Below are positions 26,340-39,081 of a stretch of DNA of 64,000 nucleotides, in pieces. The stretch lies in NCBI GenBank assembly GCA_010093705.1, contig MU006089.1, positions 2,777,561 through 2,841,560 on the forward strand, read 5' to 3'. Position 1 is the stretch's first letter; every line of letters begins with the position of its first letter. Below the pieces are notes generated by a model. It was not told where the DNA came from and ran no database searches. It saw only the letters and a program-made list of their open reading frames with translations. Source of the DNA: Patellaria atrata CBS 101060. Its lineage: Eukaryota. Made by a program: the position numbers and the translations under genes.

Positions 26340-26505
26340 ATGCTTGAATGAAGTAGAAAAGAAGGAGAAAAGAGGAATTAGAGAAAGGTCTTATATCCCT
26401 TCGCGTTTTAGCGCCACTACCGGAGCACTGGACCGCCAGCATGTGTCTCAAAATGACCAAGACCCAAGGGACCGTTTGACACCCCCTCGCTTTCCTTCCC
26501 ACAGT
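26340..26505 (-). repeat. Degenerate dispersed repeat, LTR-like (polypurine tract + TGTCA, TATA, CT tract)
   Basis: Minus strand reads GGGAAGGAAAGCGAGGGGG-TGTCAAACGGTCCCTTGGGTC...GGGATATAAGACC-(CT-rich); visibly similar to 48450-48640 and 47690-47800. Confidence 0.5.
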
Positions 26506-28217
26506 ATCGCAAATAAAACGACATAATATTCTTTTTTTCTCTTCTTCAACAACGCAAAACCTCACAAGTGGTCATCTCAGAAGATGTGTTACTTCCCCGA
26601 AATTTGAGCAGCTTTAGTCTGACCTAACCTTCATTATCGGCGACCGTTTCTAGGGCTGAATGGCGTGCCCGTATAACAGATCCTATTGGGGTTCATTTGG
26701 TTTGAAATCAGAAGGGGGAATTAGCCGGGACGTCCTGGACAGACTTGGTGCTCTTGTTGATATTATGGAAGTGAGAATAATGATAATGCTAACCACTTCC
26801 GTGGCAAAAGAATAATCCCCAACATCGATGGTTGGTACGCTGAAGCAAAGCACAATGGTTCACAGTGTCATTTTTAAACTGGTAAAGGGTTAAAAAATAT
26901 ATACTTCTCCTCCTCCTGGGCCCTATCCAGAAAAAAAAAGGGCCAAAAGAGAAGAGACAGAAGTTGAAGACATATCCACGATCACGGTGATGTATCAGCC
27001 ACAATCTTACCATGAATAAACATTCCCGGAACCCCAGCTGACCAGCTACCACATGAACAATCTCATACGAAATATTCCTCTCCCTTGTAATTTTTAGATT
27101 GAATAGATAGCTTTGAGTCTGAGAGTGATCGATATCAATTTCAATAAGGAGCGGTCCGAGCACCTCTGAATATTGACATGTACTGTACCAGCTGACAAAT
27201 TACGCAACGCACCACAAGCGCAGCCGAAGCCACAGGTACGCGCGTACTCAAAGGTCGCTGGACGTCGCTCTTGTCTCATACACTAGCCCACTATTGCAGG
27301 CGTGAATCCAGCTCAAAATCCCCATATTAAGGAAGGGGACCGAGCGAGGCAAGAGACTGTGCTTGTATTCAACATTTTGGGGATGAAGGAGAAAGGGGAT
27401 ATTGTCTTTAAGCGTACTGAAATTGTGGAAAGATCTGAAATGAAGGATGACTGAGGACTAGAAAGCACACTTGTTGGCGATCTGATTGGGTCTTTTGTTA
27501 CGGTTGTCCAATATGGTTGTCTGACCATCCGTTTACATCTTCCTTTCTCACAATGAGGAGCTATTAGTCACTGTGCACATGCTGTACATAGACTGGCGGA
27601 CTATGAAAATCAACTTCTCATTGAAGCATACGGAACTGTACAGCTCAGGTCGGAAGTTACCGTTTCGAAAGCGCAGAATCAGCCAGAAAGATAGTAACAA
27701 AGTCAAGACAATATTTGAATGATCATGACTGTTTACTCCTGTGAGTCTGGATGGGGGAAGGAGACATTTGAACGAAAGCTCATCTTAATCGAAGTTCGGC
27801 TTGGGAATTTTTCGCTTGATGCCAAGCGCGGAAGACTTGCCCGCGCTTTCAAACGTCCCGCCGAGCAACTTTACGTCAACTACAACCAATACGCCGCGGA
27901 TACGTACTCGAAAAATATTTGCTTTTACCCCGAGCTGATCTTTCTGATTAGTTGAAAAATATAATGTTACTGCACATGACCGGGAAGAAAACGTTACAAG
28001 CAATTAGAACGCGCAAAATCGATGGCGTCTTATCACGCCAGTCGAGGGTAGCTTTTACTGGACAAAAAACAACCGGGATAGTGCATTGTTAGCCACATCT
28101 CGAATGAATGGCTTGGTCGTGCAGCGGTTTTGCCACCGTATAAGAGCCTCTCCTCGTTCCATTGTGTGGAATTGTTGAGAGCAAAAACTGTCGAGAGACT
28201 GCGGGAAAATTCGAACC

Positions 28218-30183
28218 ATGGCATCTACCCTGGATCCAACTAATGAGAAGCGGGTACAGACTCACGCTGTATCTGACGAGCATGTCATTCCTCGCGGCGG
28301 GTTTGATGAAGATGTTGCGCTTGCTCTTGTAGGAGAGCATGCTCAATATATCGATCCTGCATTAGAGGCTCGGGTTGTAAGAAAGATCGATCTGTTCCTG
28401 ATACCTACCATGTAAATACCAAGGCGCATCTGCGCGGTTTCATACGGACTGACATTCGATAGGATTGTTGGATATGGTCTTGTGTACTATGACAAGGCAA
28501 TCCTAGGTTCCGCTGTACTGTTCGGCATGACTAAAGATCTCTCCCTTGCCATTGTCGATACCTCAACCACACCACCAAAGACTGATACTTCCCGTCTCAG
28601 TTGGGCAACCTCCATGTTCTATTTTGGAATGCTGGCTGGTCTCTATCCAATGACCTTTGCGCTGCAGCGCTTCAACCTTGGCCGTATCTTAGGGATTGTT
28701 GTGATTTTCTGGGGCGGTGTCTGTATGCTCACTGCTGCAGTGACTAGCTGGAAAGGTCTCTATGCACAGAGATTCTTCTTGGGATTCGTGGAATCGATCA
28801 TCCCTACTGGTTTCATGTGCATTATCAGTGGTTACTACACCCAACGGGAACAAGCACTCAGACAGTCGTGGTGGTTTAGCTCAACGGGCCTCTTCACCAT
28901 AATCGGAAGTGCCTTGAATTATGGATTCGCTCAGGTAACAGGTGGGAATCTGAAAGCGTGGCAGTACATATACCTATTCGCTGGAGCATTGACAGTAGTA
29001 TATGGTTGTTTCTGCTTTGCTGTACCGAACTCTCCCGTAAGTGCATGGTTTCTAACCCCTGAGGAGCGTGTTGTAGCAGTTGAGCGGTTGCGTAGGGGAC
29101 AGACTGGAGTCAGGTGCCAAAAGATCAAGCTCTCCCAGGTCATTGAAGCTTTTACGGATATTAAGCTTTGGCTTGTCGCACTGTTGATGGCATCAGCGTA
29201 TGTTCTCTCAGTTCCAGTCTTCTAACGCATTGACTTACCGTCCTGTAGATATACCGTCAACGGAGCAGTCTCTGGATTTGGACCATTAATCGTTTCAACC
29301 TTTGGGTACTCCACGCTTGATTCTATTTTGTTTCAATTTCCGCTCGGTGCCATCTGCTTCATCTTCATTCTGCTCAGTGGGCTCATTTCTTCCAAAGTCC
29401 CCCACACGCGTTTAATCCAGCTTATCGTCTATTGCTTGCCTGTTATTGCCGGCTGTGCTATCATATGGCGGTCTACTTGGTCCCATAGACCTGTCGCGCC
29501 AGTGGTCGGGTATTCTATTATTGGATTCTTCGCCCCTGTGGTCAGTTTGACCATTAGTGTTGGCATGGCCAATGTAGCAGGTGCTACGAAGAAGAGTACA
29601 ATGGCTGCGGCAATCTTCGTTGCTTACTGCGTGGGGAATATAGTAGGACCCCAGCTGATAAAGAGCCAAACAAGGTCAAGACATTACCCCGAACTGTGGC
29701 TTGGTCTCATAATATGGTACGTATGAGCGAACTCGAAATGGGAAATTCTGTATGTTACCCCCCATCTCGGTGCAAGCTTCGCCTACTGTACGCTTGCCGT
29801 CAGGCTGTTCTCCGTCCCCTGTATGGGAGGTCAAAATAATACAAACAAGGCCCAACCGTACATTTGGCTTAGCCGTAACACAATGGAGATGAATTGATAT
29901 TGCGAAGTAGCAGCCGGACTCGTAACTATTGGACAAGCGTACAGAAGCTGAAGAATGCTGACCATGATGGGGAGTTGATAAATTTCTCTATTGAATCCTT
30001 GCTGACAATTTTTGCGACTACAGTTATTGTATTACGATCATCACAGCCATTGTCCTTTACGTGGTTCTGCGGCGGGAGAATAAGCGACGAGATAGAGTCA
30101 GCCTTGATGAAGATGAGAGAGACAAACTCGCTTTCAAAGATCTCACCGATAAGGAGAATCCGTACTTTCGGTATGTACTGTGA
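28218..30183 (+). CDS. MFS transporter, allantoate permease (DAL5/ACS) family
   Basis: VVRKIDLFLIP, YYDKAILG, RFFLGFVESI, YYTQREQALR, ANVAGATKK, GNIVGPQ, FKDLTDKENPYFRYVL*; introns ~28411-28461, ~29198-29248, 29717-30023. Confidence 0.92.
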
Positions 30184-31771
30184 TCAACGTTACCGTCAAG
30201 CATAGCATAGCCCTTAGGAGAGCATACCGTATACTCTTGGCGGAAGCTGAGAGCGATATGTCGCTTAGATTGTCATGATTAAGCATGTTTTCGGATTTAA
30301 GCATGCTTCATGGTTGAGAAGGGCATTTCGAGACGGTGACGGGCCTTGCTAACACGAAGGACTGTACCTATTGCGAAATAAAATTTTGGCAATCCGGGAC
30401 GATAAGAGGCCTGAACAGGGTAAATATTCTATGGTAGATCAGTAGTCGAAATAATCATCTCACTACTAAACATAATGGATGTAGAGCTCTGTTTCGTACT
30501 CAAGTTTACCATATTGTTTGAACGGTGTTTACGGGCGTATCTTTTGCTGTATCCTTCCGTTCACGTATCTCAGTAGAAGAATTTCGCTTTAAGATAACTC
30601 TGTACAGAGTCAATGCCAACTGTCTTGCATCGTACAGTTAACTAATTTGAAATGAAGTGCTGATTTTCTGGATTTCACCCTATGTGCATGTTCACAGCCT
30701 ACTTGTTGATAGGGAATCGGCGCTCGGTACGGTCGGAGTTCCATAGCGATCGGCTCCAAGTCTAAATATAGCTTAGCCGGTACAGTCAAGGAATATCCAA
30801 CAGGACTTGCGTAATCATATATCCTCTTCCGCAACGCTGCGCCAGTCACTTATTGGAATTATACTGCTCTTCTCAGATTGAGGATTAAAGATGTGTTCAA
30901 TCGTCTATCTATGATAATGGCTGAGTATCATTCGGAGTCTCTTCAGCGGGCGGAGGAGGACAATATTTGAAAAAGACGGTGATCACGTGGTTCTATCGAA
31001 AGGCCAAGTTGCTCTTTCAATGGGAAACTAGCCATCTTGAGAATATGGTTCTACTAGAAAAGTAGCAGACTATCTTCCCCCTATCATACCGTGTTCCCTT
31101 GTATACAAGTAGGATGAGGACACAATGCATATCGGCCCTTCGCTGTTGTTGCACAGTGAACCTGGAGGAACACTGTCAAGTTGGAAAGACGGAGTAAACA
31201 AGTTACCGATGATAGAGATGTTTGTCATATATACTGTATGATTGGTTAACAGAACCCCCCTTATGGCCGTAAATCTCGTAACTCATCCCTGATGGGATAA
31301 CTGCGGGACGAGACCCTCCTCTTTAGCATGTTCAGCTCAGGTTTGCACGGGCAGGACGGCTTGTCAAGGCGAAACTTTGGATGCACAGCCTCATCATGTA
31401 GAACTCGTTTCGAGCCCCTCGGCGACTCCCTATTCCTCCAAGCCCGTCCCAAATCTTCGCCCAGTTCTTTATCTCACAACACTGGATTCTAACTCTCGTT
31501 CATCCTATTTACATTCACCTACTCAATAAATAAAATCATACAAATCACCGACTCTCGTTGACAAGAAAGGTGGCTTCAAGAGAGAAGCGTTGGAACCTGA
31601 AAGGAATACGCTACTCTCGCTTGACGTCTGTAAGGCCACTAGTCAGCAGCTGACGCGGCCTCGTTCAGCATCCTGAAGAAGTGAAGAACAACATAATCAC
31701 CTCAAGGCCTGACTACTGAGGCATCAGAAGTCTGTTTACAACACCAGAAACCCCATATACCTCCATACTCG

Positions 31772-33616
31772 ATGGCAACTGCATTCGCCATGAGTTCTTC
31801 GGCTCCCTATGGCAATCAATGCTTCGATCCCTCCGATATGGAGTCATTCGTTGACTTTGGTACCATGCCATCACCTAGTCCGACCAGTTCTTCATCGAAG
31901 CCGCATATGTCAAGATCCACGTCGGCCATTACAAGTCCTACAAATACACTTTTACCCCTTGACGGTTCAGAGGACCTTCAGACCCCAGCCAAGCCCAGTC
32001 ATGAGTACGAACGTTGGAAGCAACAAACAGGATTACCCACCGGCTCTGTTTCAGGACTGTCTACCTTGAGTCCATCTATAATTCACAATGGTCACCAGAG
32101 CTTCGATAATTCTGGTCTTGGAATTGATGATATGGGCCTTACCTTCGGGAGCAATACTGGCTTCGGTGTCGGCTCAGGGATTAGCAATGACTTCAATATG
32201 GATGTGGACCTAACTACACCCTCCGGCTTACCAGCATACTTCTACGCGCCGAATAGTGACTCCTCCGCTATGAACGACTTTATCGATCCGAGTGCTATCG
32301 ATTCACCAGAAGAACCTGCTCCCATCCAACGTGTCTGGCCTGGGATGCATCAGCAACAAGCTGCTCTCGCAAAAGCTCAGCAAGCTCAGCAACAGCAGAG
32401 GCAAAAGATGCTACAACAGCAGAGACAGAAAGCTGCGGAACACGCCAAGGCTAGGAAACCCAGTTCCAATGCCATCACCGATGCTCGTACTGAGGAGACA
32501 ATTGCTCGTGTTGTTAACCAAATCAGGCAGAACAGCCAATTGGCCTCGAACAACAGCCCTGGATCTGACTCTGTTCTCCCTAACATCATCAGGATGAAAA
32601 AGGATGAGGAAGATATGGATGAAGACGAGAGGCTCCTCGCTAGCGAAGAAGGCAAGAAGCTTAGCTCGAAGGAACGACGTCAATTGCGAAACAAGGTCTC
32701 TGCTCGCGCTTTCCGCTCGAGAAGAAAAGGTATGCAATAACCGTCTTACATCTATACGACGAATCGCTAATTTTTCCCAGAATACATCACCCAGCTTGAA
32801 GGCGAAGTCGCCGTGAAGACCAACGAAGCAAATGAACTTCGTTCGCAAAACCAGGCTTTGATGGAGGAAAATGCCCGTTCTCGTGCCTTCATCGAGAAGC
32901 TTCTCCGCCACCCTGCTTTCAATCCCTTTCTTGAGGACCTCAGCCGGGATACCTCCCTTAACGAGTCTCTGGGAACGCTCCCTTCCCAGTCAAAGAGCGC
33001 AGCCCCCGCTCCAGTTTCGGCACGCAAGGACATAAACCCCTACTCGAATTCTCAACCATTCCAAGAGGCTCCTCAAGCACATAATCCTCAGATCGGCATG
33101 GCTCTCATCCCAGAGACTCCTGTGGATTTGTCGTTGCTTAATATTGGTACAAACTGGACTATGAACAGCATGACCCCTTTCAACTACCAGCAACCCCAAG
33201 TTTTCTCTGTTCTTGAGATCCCTGAGGGTCCCGCTGAACCTCTCAACCTTAGTGCTCTCTCTGGAAAGGAATCTTCAGTTGAAGAAGACTTAAAGGTGGA
33301 TTACCCTGTCATCGAGAGTGCAGCCCCAGTTGAGGCCGAGCAAGACTCTATCACCACGATTGAGCAGGAAGAGGAAGAGGACGAGGAGTTCCCCCTTTAT
33401 TCCAATGTTCGTACCATCTCTACCAAGGCATCCACTCCTCATGAACCCCACTCAACTGCTATCTTCGGTACCATCCCCCTCGAAAAGGCCCTTGAAAGCA
33501 ACATTATTCACTTAGTTATCGTCGACGATGTTGCTTCCGAACTCCTCGCCGCACGTCTTGAGCAATTTTGTAGTCGCGCCGACCTCATCGTTTCCAAACT
33601 CGACGCCTTATTATGA
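31772..33616 (+). CDS. bZIP transcription factor
   Basis: Gln-rich region, basic region LSSKERRQLRNKVSARAFRSRRKEYI and leucine zipper; intron 32730-32780. Confidence 0.92.
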
Positions 33617-34522
33617 TTCTCTCTGCTCGAAACTTAACCCTACTCGAACTTTAGTTCAACGACGGACACGATTTTCTTTGGTTTAAACTGTTACATTAGA
33701 AAGGAATTGGTGGTTTGGGCGTCTTTAGCATTTTGCCCCTACGGGCTTTTCATTTGTATTGTACATAAGTCTCCTGTTCGAGGAGTAAATTAGCGAGGAG
33801 GCTGCCTAGAGCGAGAGGCAATTCTTTCTTTGGAGATGCGAGATTGTTGATATGGACAGATGACACTGTCGAGAGTGTCTGGGCGAAGTAGCCCCTATAT
33901 AGCTTTATACAGCTTAATACTGAACATCATCCAAACCTTCATATTGTGCATTTTCTACTCATTGTAAACGGGGTCTCGGCATACTCATATGCATAAGTCT
34001 CTAGACTTCCCCGCCATCTCATCCTGCCCCACCATAGAAGTTGGGAGGTTTGAACAATCTTTGAATTGACCGTAAGGAAAGAGTTTTGGGTAGTTCTAAT
34101 TCTACCGAATATATCCCACTTGAACATTTCCTGCGTGAAGATGTCACCTGTACTGAGTACTTTTATCAGTTACTCAAGCTGCCATAATCTGTCAATTCCG
34201 CACCTCTGCAGGGCGTGTTCAAAGTGAGGATTGTTTTGACAATTACAGTTCACTGGCAGATATTCCAGCCAATTGAGCCACCTCTCCTCCCATGAGTAAG
34301 CATCGGAAAGCGGCGTCTCTCTGCGGGTGACTGTTTATCGAAGTCTATCCTTGAAGAAGCAAGCTAATGACGAATTGTGAATCCCAGAAGGCACAGGTAC
34401 AACGAGGCAAATATAACAATACCTTATCACCCAAGTTTTCGGCTCGATAATTAGAAAACTATACATTCTGCCCTATTCCTACATGTTGTGTTCAAAACCT
34501 TGACTTTACCCCGCAACATAAA

Positions 34523-35900
34523 ATGCGGCTTTCTCGAGTCCTCCCTAACGGTGGCAAAGTAACTACACGACTGATAGCAGGGCAACGGCATAATATACGA
34601 CGCGCATCTACTTCTACAGCGATACAGCAGCCCGACTTTGAGAATCCGTCCTCCATACCTCAACATCCTATATCTCATCCAATCCAAAAGGCTCGACGAG
34701 ATGCTATCAAGCAGGCGAAACCGTTCTCTGAGTTCCTTACAGACAACTACCACCGTCAACACGATTATTTGAGGATAAGCGTCACGGAGAGGTGTAATTT
34801 ACGATGTCTGTATTGTATGCCAGAGAGTTAGTACTGTCTAATATCCGTTGTTAACAGGTTCAATTGCTGATTAAGTGTCTCATCTAGAGGGCGTCCCCTT
34901 ATCACCCCAGTCGCACCTCCTCACATCCCCCGAAATCTTCTACCTCTCCTCGCTTTTCGTCTCCCAAGGTGTCACGAAGGTCCGTCTCACGGGTGGTGAG
35001 CCAACTGTTCGTCGCGACATTGTACCCTTAATGCATAGTATAGGTTCTCTACGACCCAGAGGATTACGGGAGCTAGCAATAACAACTAATGGGATTTCAT
35101 TACATCGTAAACTCGATAGTATGGTCGAAGCAGGTCTCACTGGCGTAAATCTAAGCTTGGATACCCTAGACCCATTCCAATTCCAGATCATGACCAGAAG
35201 GAAAGGCTTCGATGCTGTTCAGAAGAGTATAGATCGCATACTCGAAATGAACAAACTAGGTGCTAGTATTAAACTTAAGATCAACTGCGTAGTCATGCGC
35301 GGTCTAAACGAACGTGAAATCCTTCCCTTCGTCGAACTTGGCCGGGAGAAAGATATTGAGGTCCGCTTTATCGAGTATATGCCATTCGACGGCAATAAAT
35401 GGTCCCAAGGCAAAATGGTCTCCTATGCAGACATGCTCGATATCATCCGAACAAAGTACCCTGGGATTCAAAAAGTCAATGGACACAAGAACGATACGAG
35501 CAAAACTTGGGAAGTCCCTGGTTTTGTCGGGAAGTTTGGCTTCATAACGAGCATGACGCACAACTTTTGCGGAACTTGTAATCGACTACGTATCACGAGT
35601 GATGGTAATCTGAAAGTCTGCCTTTTTGATGGTACCACTGAAGTGTCACTGCGGGACCTCCTTCGCAAAGGTAATAATAACAATCCCATCGACGAAGAGG
35701 CTTTTGAGGCCATGAAGCAAATCGAGATGGATCGACATCAGGGCCGTATCAGTAGCGAAACGGCACTCGGATGGGGAGAAAGGGAAAGAAAACTCCTGGA
35801 GATTATCGGCATAGCTGTAAAGAATAAAAAGGAGAAGCATGCGGGAATGGGCGAATTGGAGAATATAAAGAATAGGCCTATGATATTAATCGGTGGGTGA
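34523..35900 (+). CDS. cnxABC: GTP 3',8-cyclase (MoaA/MOCS1A/CnxA domain), radical SAM; isoform ending Gly-Gly
   Basis: Arg-rich mitochondrial-type presequence, [24 protein letters not shown], terminal RPMILIGG*; intron 34827-34887. Confidence 0.95.
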
Positions 35901-36188
35901 TATCCTTCCCATCGCTGTATATGATCTATGGTTACATATCCACTGTTATGAGGTTGAGTTTGATATGTATGGATTCATGCCCGGTTCTAAGGGTCAAGTT
36001 CATAATTTGATTTGCATATGGGCGGCGTTTAGATACCAGTTGTCTGGCGTACGAAGAGCTATATTAGCAGAGAATGCATCAGTTTTATATTCAGAATCAC
36101 TCGATTATCTGTACCATCATTCAGCACTGTGCCAATCCATGTGTTCCCCAACCTTTTTCAGCATCTTACTGATATATACATATTCCAG

Positions 36189-37027
36189 ATAAACACATAG
36201 CCGCACTATCGAACTCACCACACCTGCACTCGAACCTTAACTTCAACCCCCAAACAAACTCCACAATACCCTCCCTCAGCAATCGAAACCCGAAAATCCC
36301 TTCCCACCTCCTTCCCCCACACCATCACACCCTGCAACAAATTCGAGCCTTCTCCACATCCACATCCACCCACAAACACAAACACAAAGTCTCCCCGACC
36401 CCGCAACCTCCCCCCTCCTCCTCGCCCCCATCCTCATCCCAACAATCCCAACCCCACCTCACCCACCTCACGTCCACCGGCTCCGTCCACATGGTCCCCA
36501 TCGCCCCCAAACCGCACACAATCCGCCGCGCCATCGCCGTCGGCCGCGTCGTCTTCTCCAATTCGAACCCGGTAACGCTCATAAAAAGCAACGGGATGAA
36601 AAAAGGCGACGTCCTCGCCGTCGCGCGCGTCGCGGGCATCATGGCTGCGAAGATGACGCCCGCGCTCGTGCCGCTTTGTCATCCTATCGCGCTTACGGGG
36701 GTGGTTGTTGAGGTGGGGGTGTTGGAGACGGGGGAAAACACGGGTGGGGAGGGGGAGGCTAAGGGGGGTAAGGGGGTTAAAGGTGAGGGGAAGGGACAAC
36801 GGTATGGCTCAATTGATATCATGGCACGAGTCGAGTGTACGGGGCCCACGGGCGTCGAGATGGAGGCCCTGACAGCGGTTATGGGCGCTGCGCTTGCGGT
36901 TGTGGATATGTGTAAGGCGGTCGATAGGGGGATGAGGGTGCAGGATGTTAGGGTTGTGAGGAAGGAGGGGGGTCGGTCGGGGGGGTTTAGGGAGGAGGGG
37001 TGGGAGGAGCAGGGGGTGGAGGGTTGA
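36189..37027 (+). CDS. cnxABC: Cyclic pyranopterin monophosphate synthase (MoaC/MOCS1B) exon, joined to MoaA by splicing 35893-36188
   Basis: LTHLTSTGSVHMV, KKGDVLAVARVAGIMAAK, LVPLCHPI, TGVEMEALTAV, DMCKAVD, KEGGRSG; stop-free linker from acceptor 36188 in frame with MoaC. Confidence 0.9.
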
Positions 37028-37466
37028 GTCTTAGGGGGTTATCTGTAAGTCAAAGTAAATAGCAAATAGCTGTAAAATTAGAAGATGGATGCCAGACGGG
37101 GTAAGACAGCATAGATAGAGTACTCATACAGTTCGCAATCAATGTGCTGTACAGGTTATGTTGAGGTATAGGTCATCACTTGTACAGGAATGTGGCTGGA
37201 CATGTCAGAGGGGATTGTATTCGCTGACACTGGCGTTCTGAGCGGAGTTTCACAACATGTCAATGAAAGGGAAGAGCATATGCTAAGTCACAGGACACTT
37301 CTTAGATACAGCTGAAATATTTCTTTCTCAAATGTTTTGAATTAAAATAGGGATAGGGATAGGGGTAGAAAGATGTTGGCGAAATGAAGAAGATAGGTAC
37401 TGAGGACTATTATAAATTTATTGAATCTTCTTTATTGTCTATAAGCGGTCCGTTCGCTGATGACTA

Positions 37467-38191
37467 TTATCGGAAGTCTGTTGTGCTACCCCTTTCCTCG
37501 GCACGACGAAAAGAGATAATATTTATGGTGATATTCTGGTAGAACCGTAGCTTGGCGTAGATAATAGGATATCCAGGTCGCTTCGATGGCGAGATTATTA
37601 GATGATTGATCCACAGACCATTATCGAGTCTCAGCTCCCACGGCTTGTTACACAACTCGAATTTCACCTGTAGAAGTTGGTATCAACGATGATTCTGATT
37701 AGTACGGGACTTCGATGTCCAAACAGGAGCTGAAGTGATGACTTCAGAACTGGTGGGAGCGCGAAATAGAACGGCGAGCTCTGACCAGTAAGACTTTGCT
37801 GCCTACTATTAGGCGTGCAAAGAAGTTGTTGGAGTTCAAGCAAGTCGCTGAAAGGCATTTGTATATAAGAATTGCGGTGTCTGTTGGGGTCCAAAATAAC
37901 TGCATCTCTGAAACTTATCCGGGATGCTGGGATTCCATCAAAGTTGGAATCGGGACCACTTACGGTGGAGTTCCGTACTTGCAGCTGGGTTGTGCAGTAA
38001 CAAGGCTACACGTCTCAATAGATGTATGGGAAATTCGGGTGGTTGCCACTCGTACCTATATCAGCCTTGTACTCGTACAAGTCGTGATCGTGTTCCACGG
38101 GGATGTATCGGTTTTCGCCTTTTCGCGGAATTTTGCGGTACCTTCGTACAGTATTCAGCTTCATCTTGGCCGTACTTCTAAGTTGGGTCAT
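37467..38191 (-). CDS. Candidate 4-exon orphan protein (~159 aa)
   Basis: Exons 38191-38056, 38005-37964, 37907-37807, 37667-37467 joined by GT-AG introns (donors GTACGA, GTAAGT, GTAGGC) sum to 480 nt with no internal stop; no recognised domain. Confidence 0.35.
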
Positions 38192-39081
38192 TGGAATTTG
38201 AGATCTCGGAGTTTGGATGTAAATAGAAGATCTGGAGATGAAGATTCTATCTATTGGCAGAGGTGTACTAAGTGATGAGGTATTGAAATATGATAAGTTA
38301 CTGTACGGTACTGGTAAAGGGATTACCTTACCTTACCCGCTATTCGGTAACTAATTGATTCTTCCGGGTGACAACCTTGCAAAACCAGCAGAACGGCAGC
38401 TGCAACATCTGTAATACTGTGATGTCAGATTCCAGATGATCATCTTACACTCTGTGACAGACCAACCTCACCTCAGTACACGCCTCTATACTTGTACTGT
38501 ACAGTAACTGTTAGAAATATGGGACAGCTGATGGCTTACATCTGCAGGTACGGCTGTGAAACATTTCAATTCCCCAATACAGACAGGTTTCCAGGGTACT
38601 TTTCACGTATGGACTCACTAGAACTACCTTACGTTACTTGAGGGGAGCTGGCATCCCTAACGTGGCTATACACCGGAGATATGAAACAATCATGATTTCT
38701 ATTTTGAGCATGACTATAAACCCGTTTTCAGGCCTTCTACGAATCTTCAGAGATCCATACGCCATTCCTTCCCCTATTTGCTCCTTGAGTTCGCCTCAGC
38801 CTTGAACCCCGAGAGCGGCATCCCGCCAGTGCACGCCAACCCTAGAAACCGCCAAAAACAGCGGGGGTCCCCAGTGTTTTGAGATCAGTCCCTCAAGTCT
38901 ACTTCAAAACCCGCAAAATCTATTACATTACCCAGGACTATTGAAGAGACTCTCACATAAAGCCGAATTAACATTAACATACGGTAGAGTTGCCGTGCAA
39001 AGAGAAATATCCAAACAATTGCATCACCTTGCACCAGCTCCATAGGCGAACCTATACCCCTCATTGCAACGTTTTGACAGG

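Noticed and set aside
31772..33616. Possible Hac1-type unconventional intron in the bZIP gene
   Set aside because: Basic region is not Hac1-like, the only intron is canonical GT-AG, and no twin Ire1 hairpins were seen.
33939..34127. Small ORF ending KCTI as a possible CAAX pheromone precursor
   Set aside because: Cys is third from the end, not fourth; the ORF looks random.
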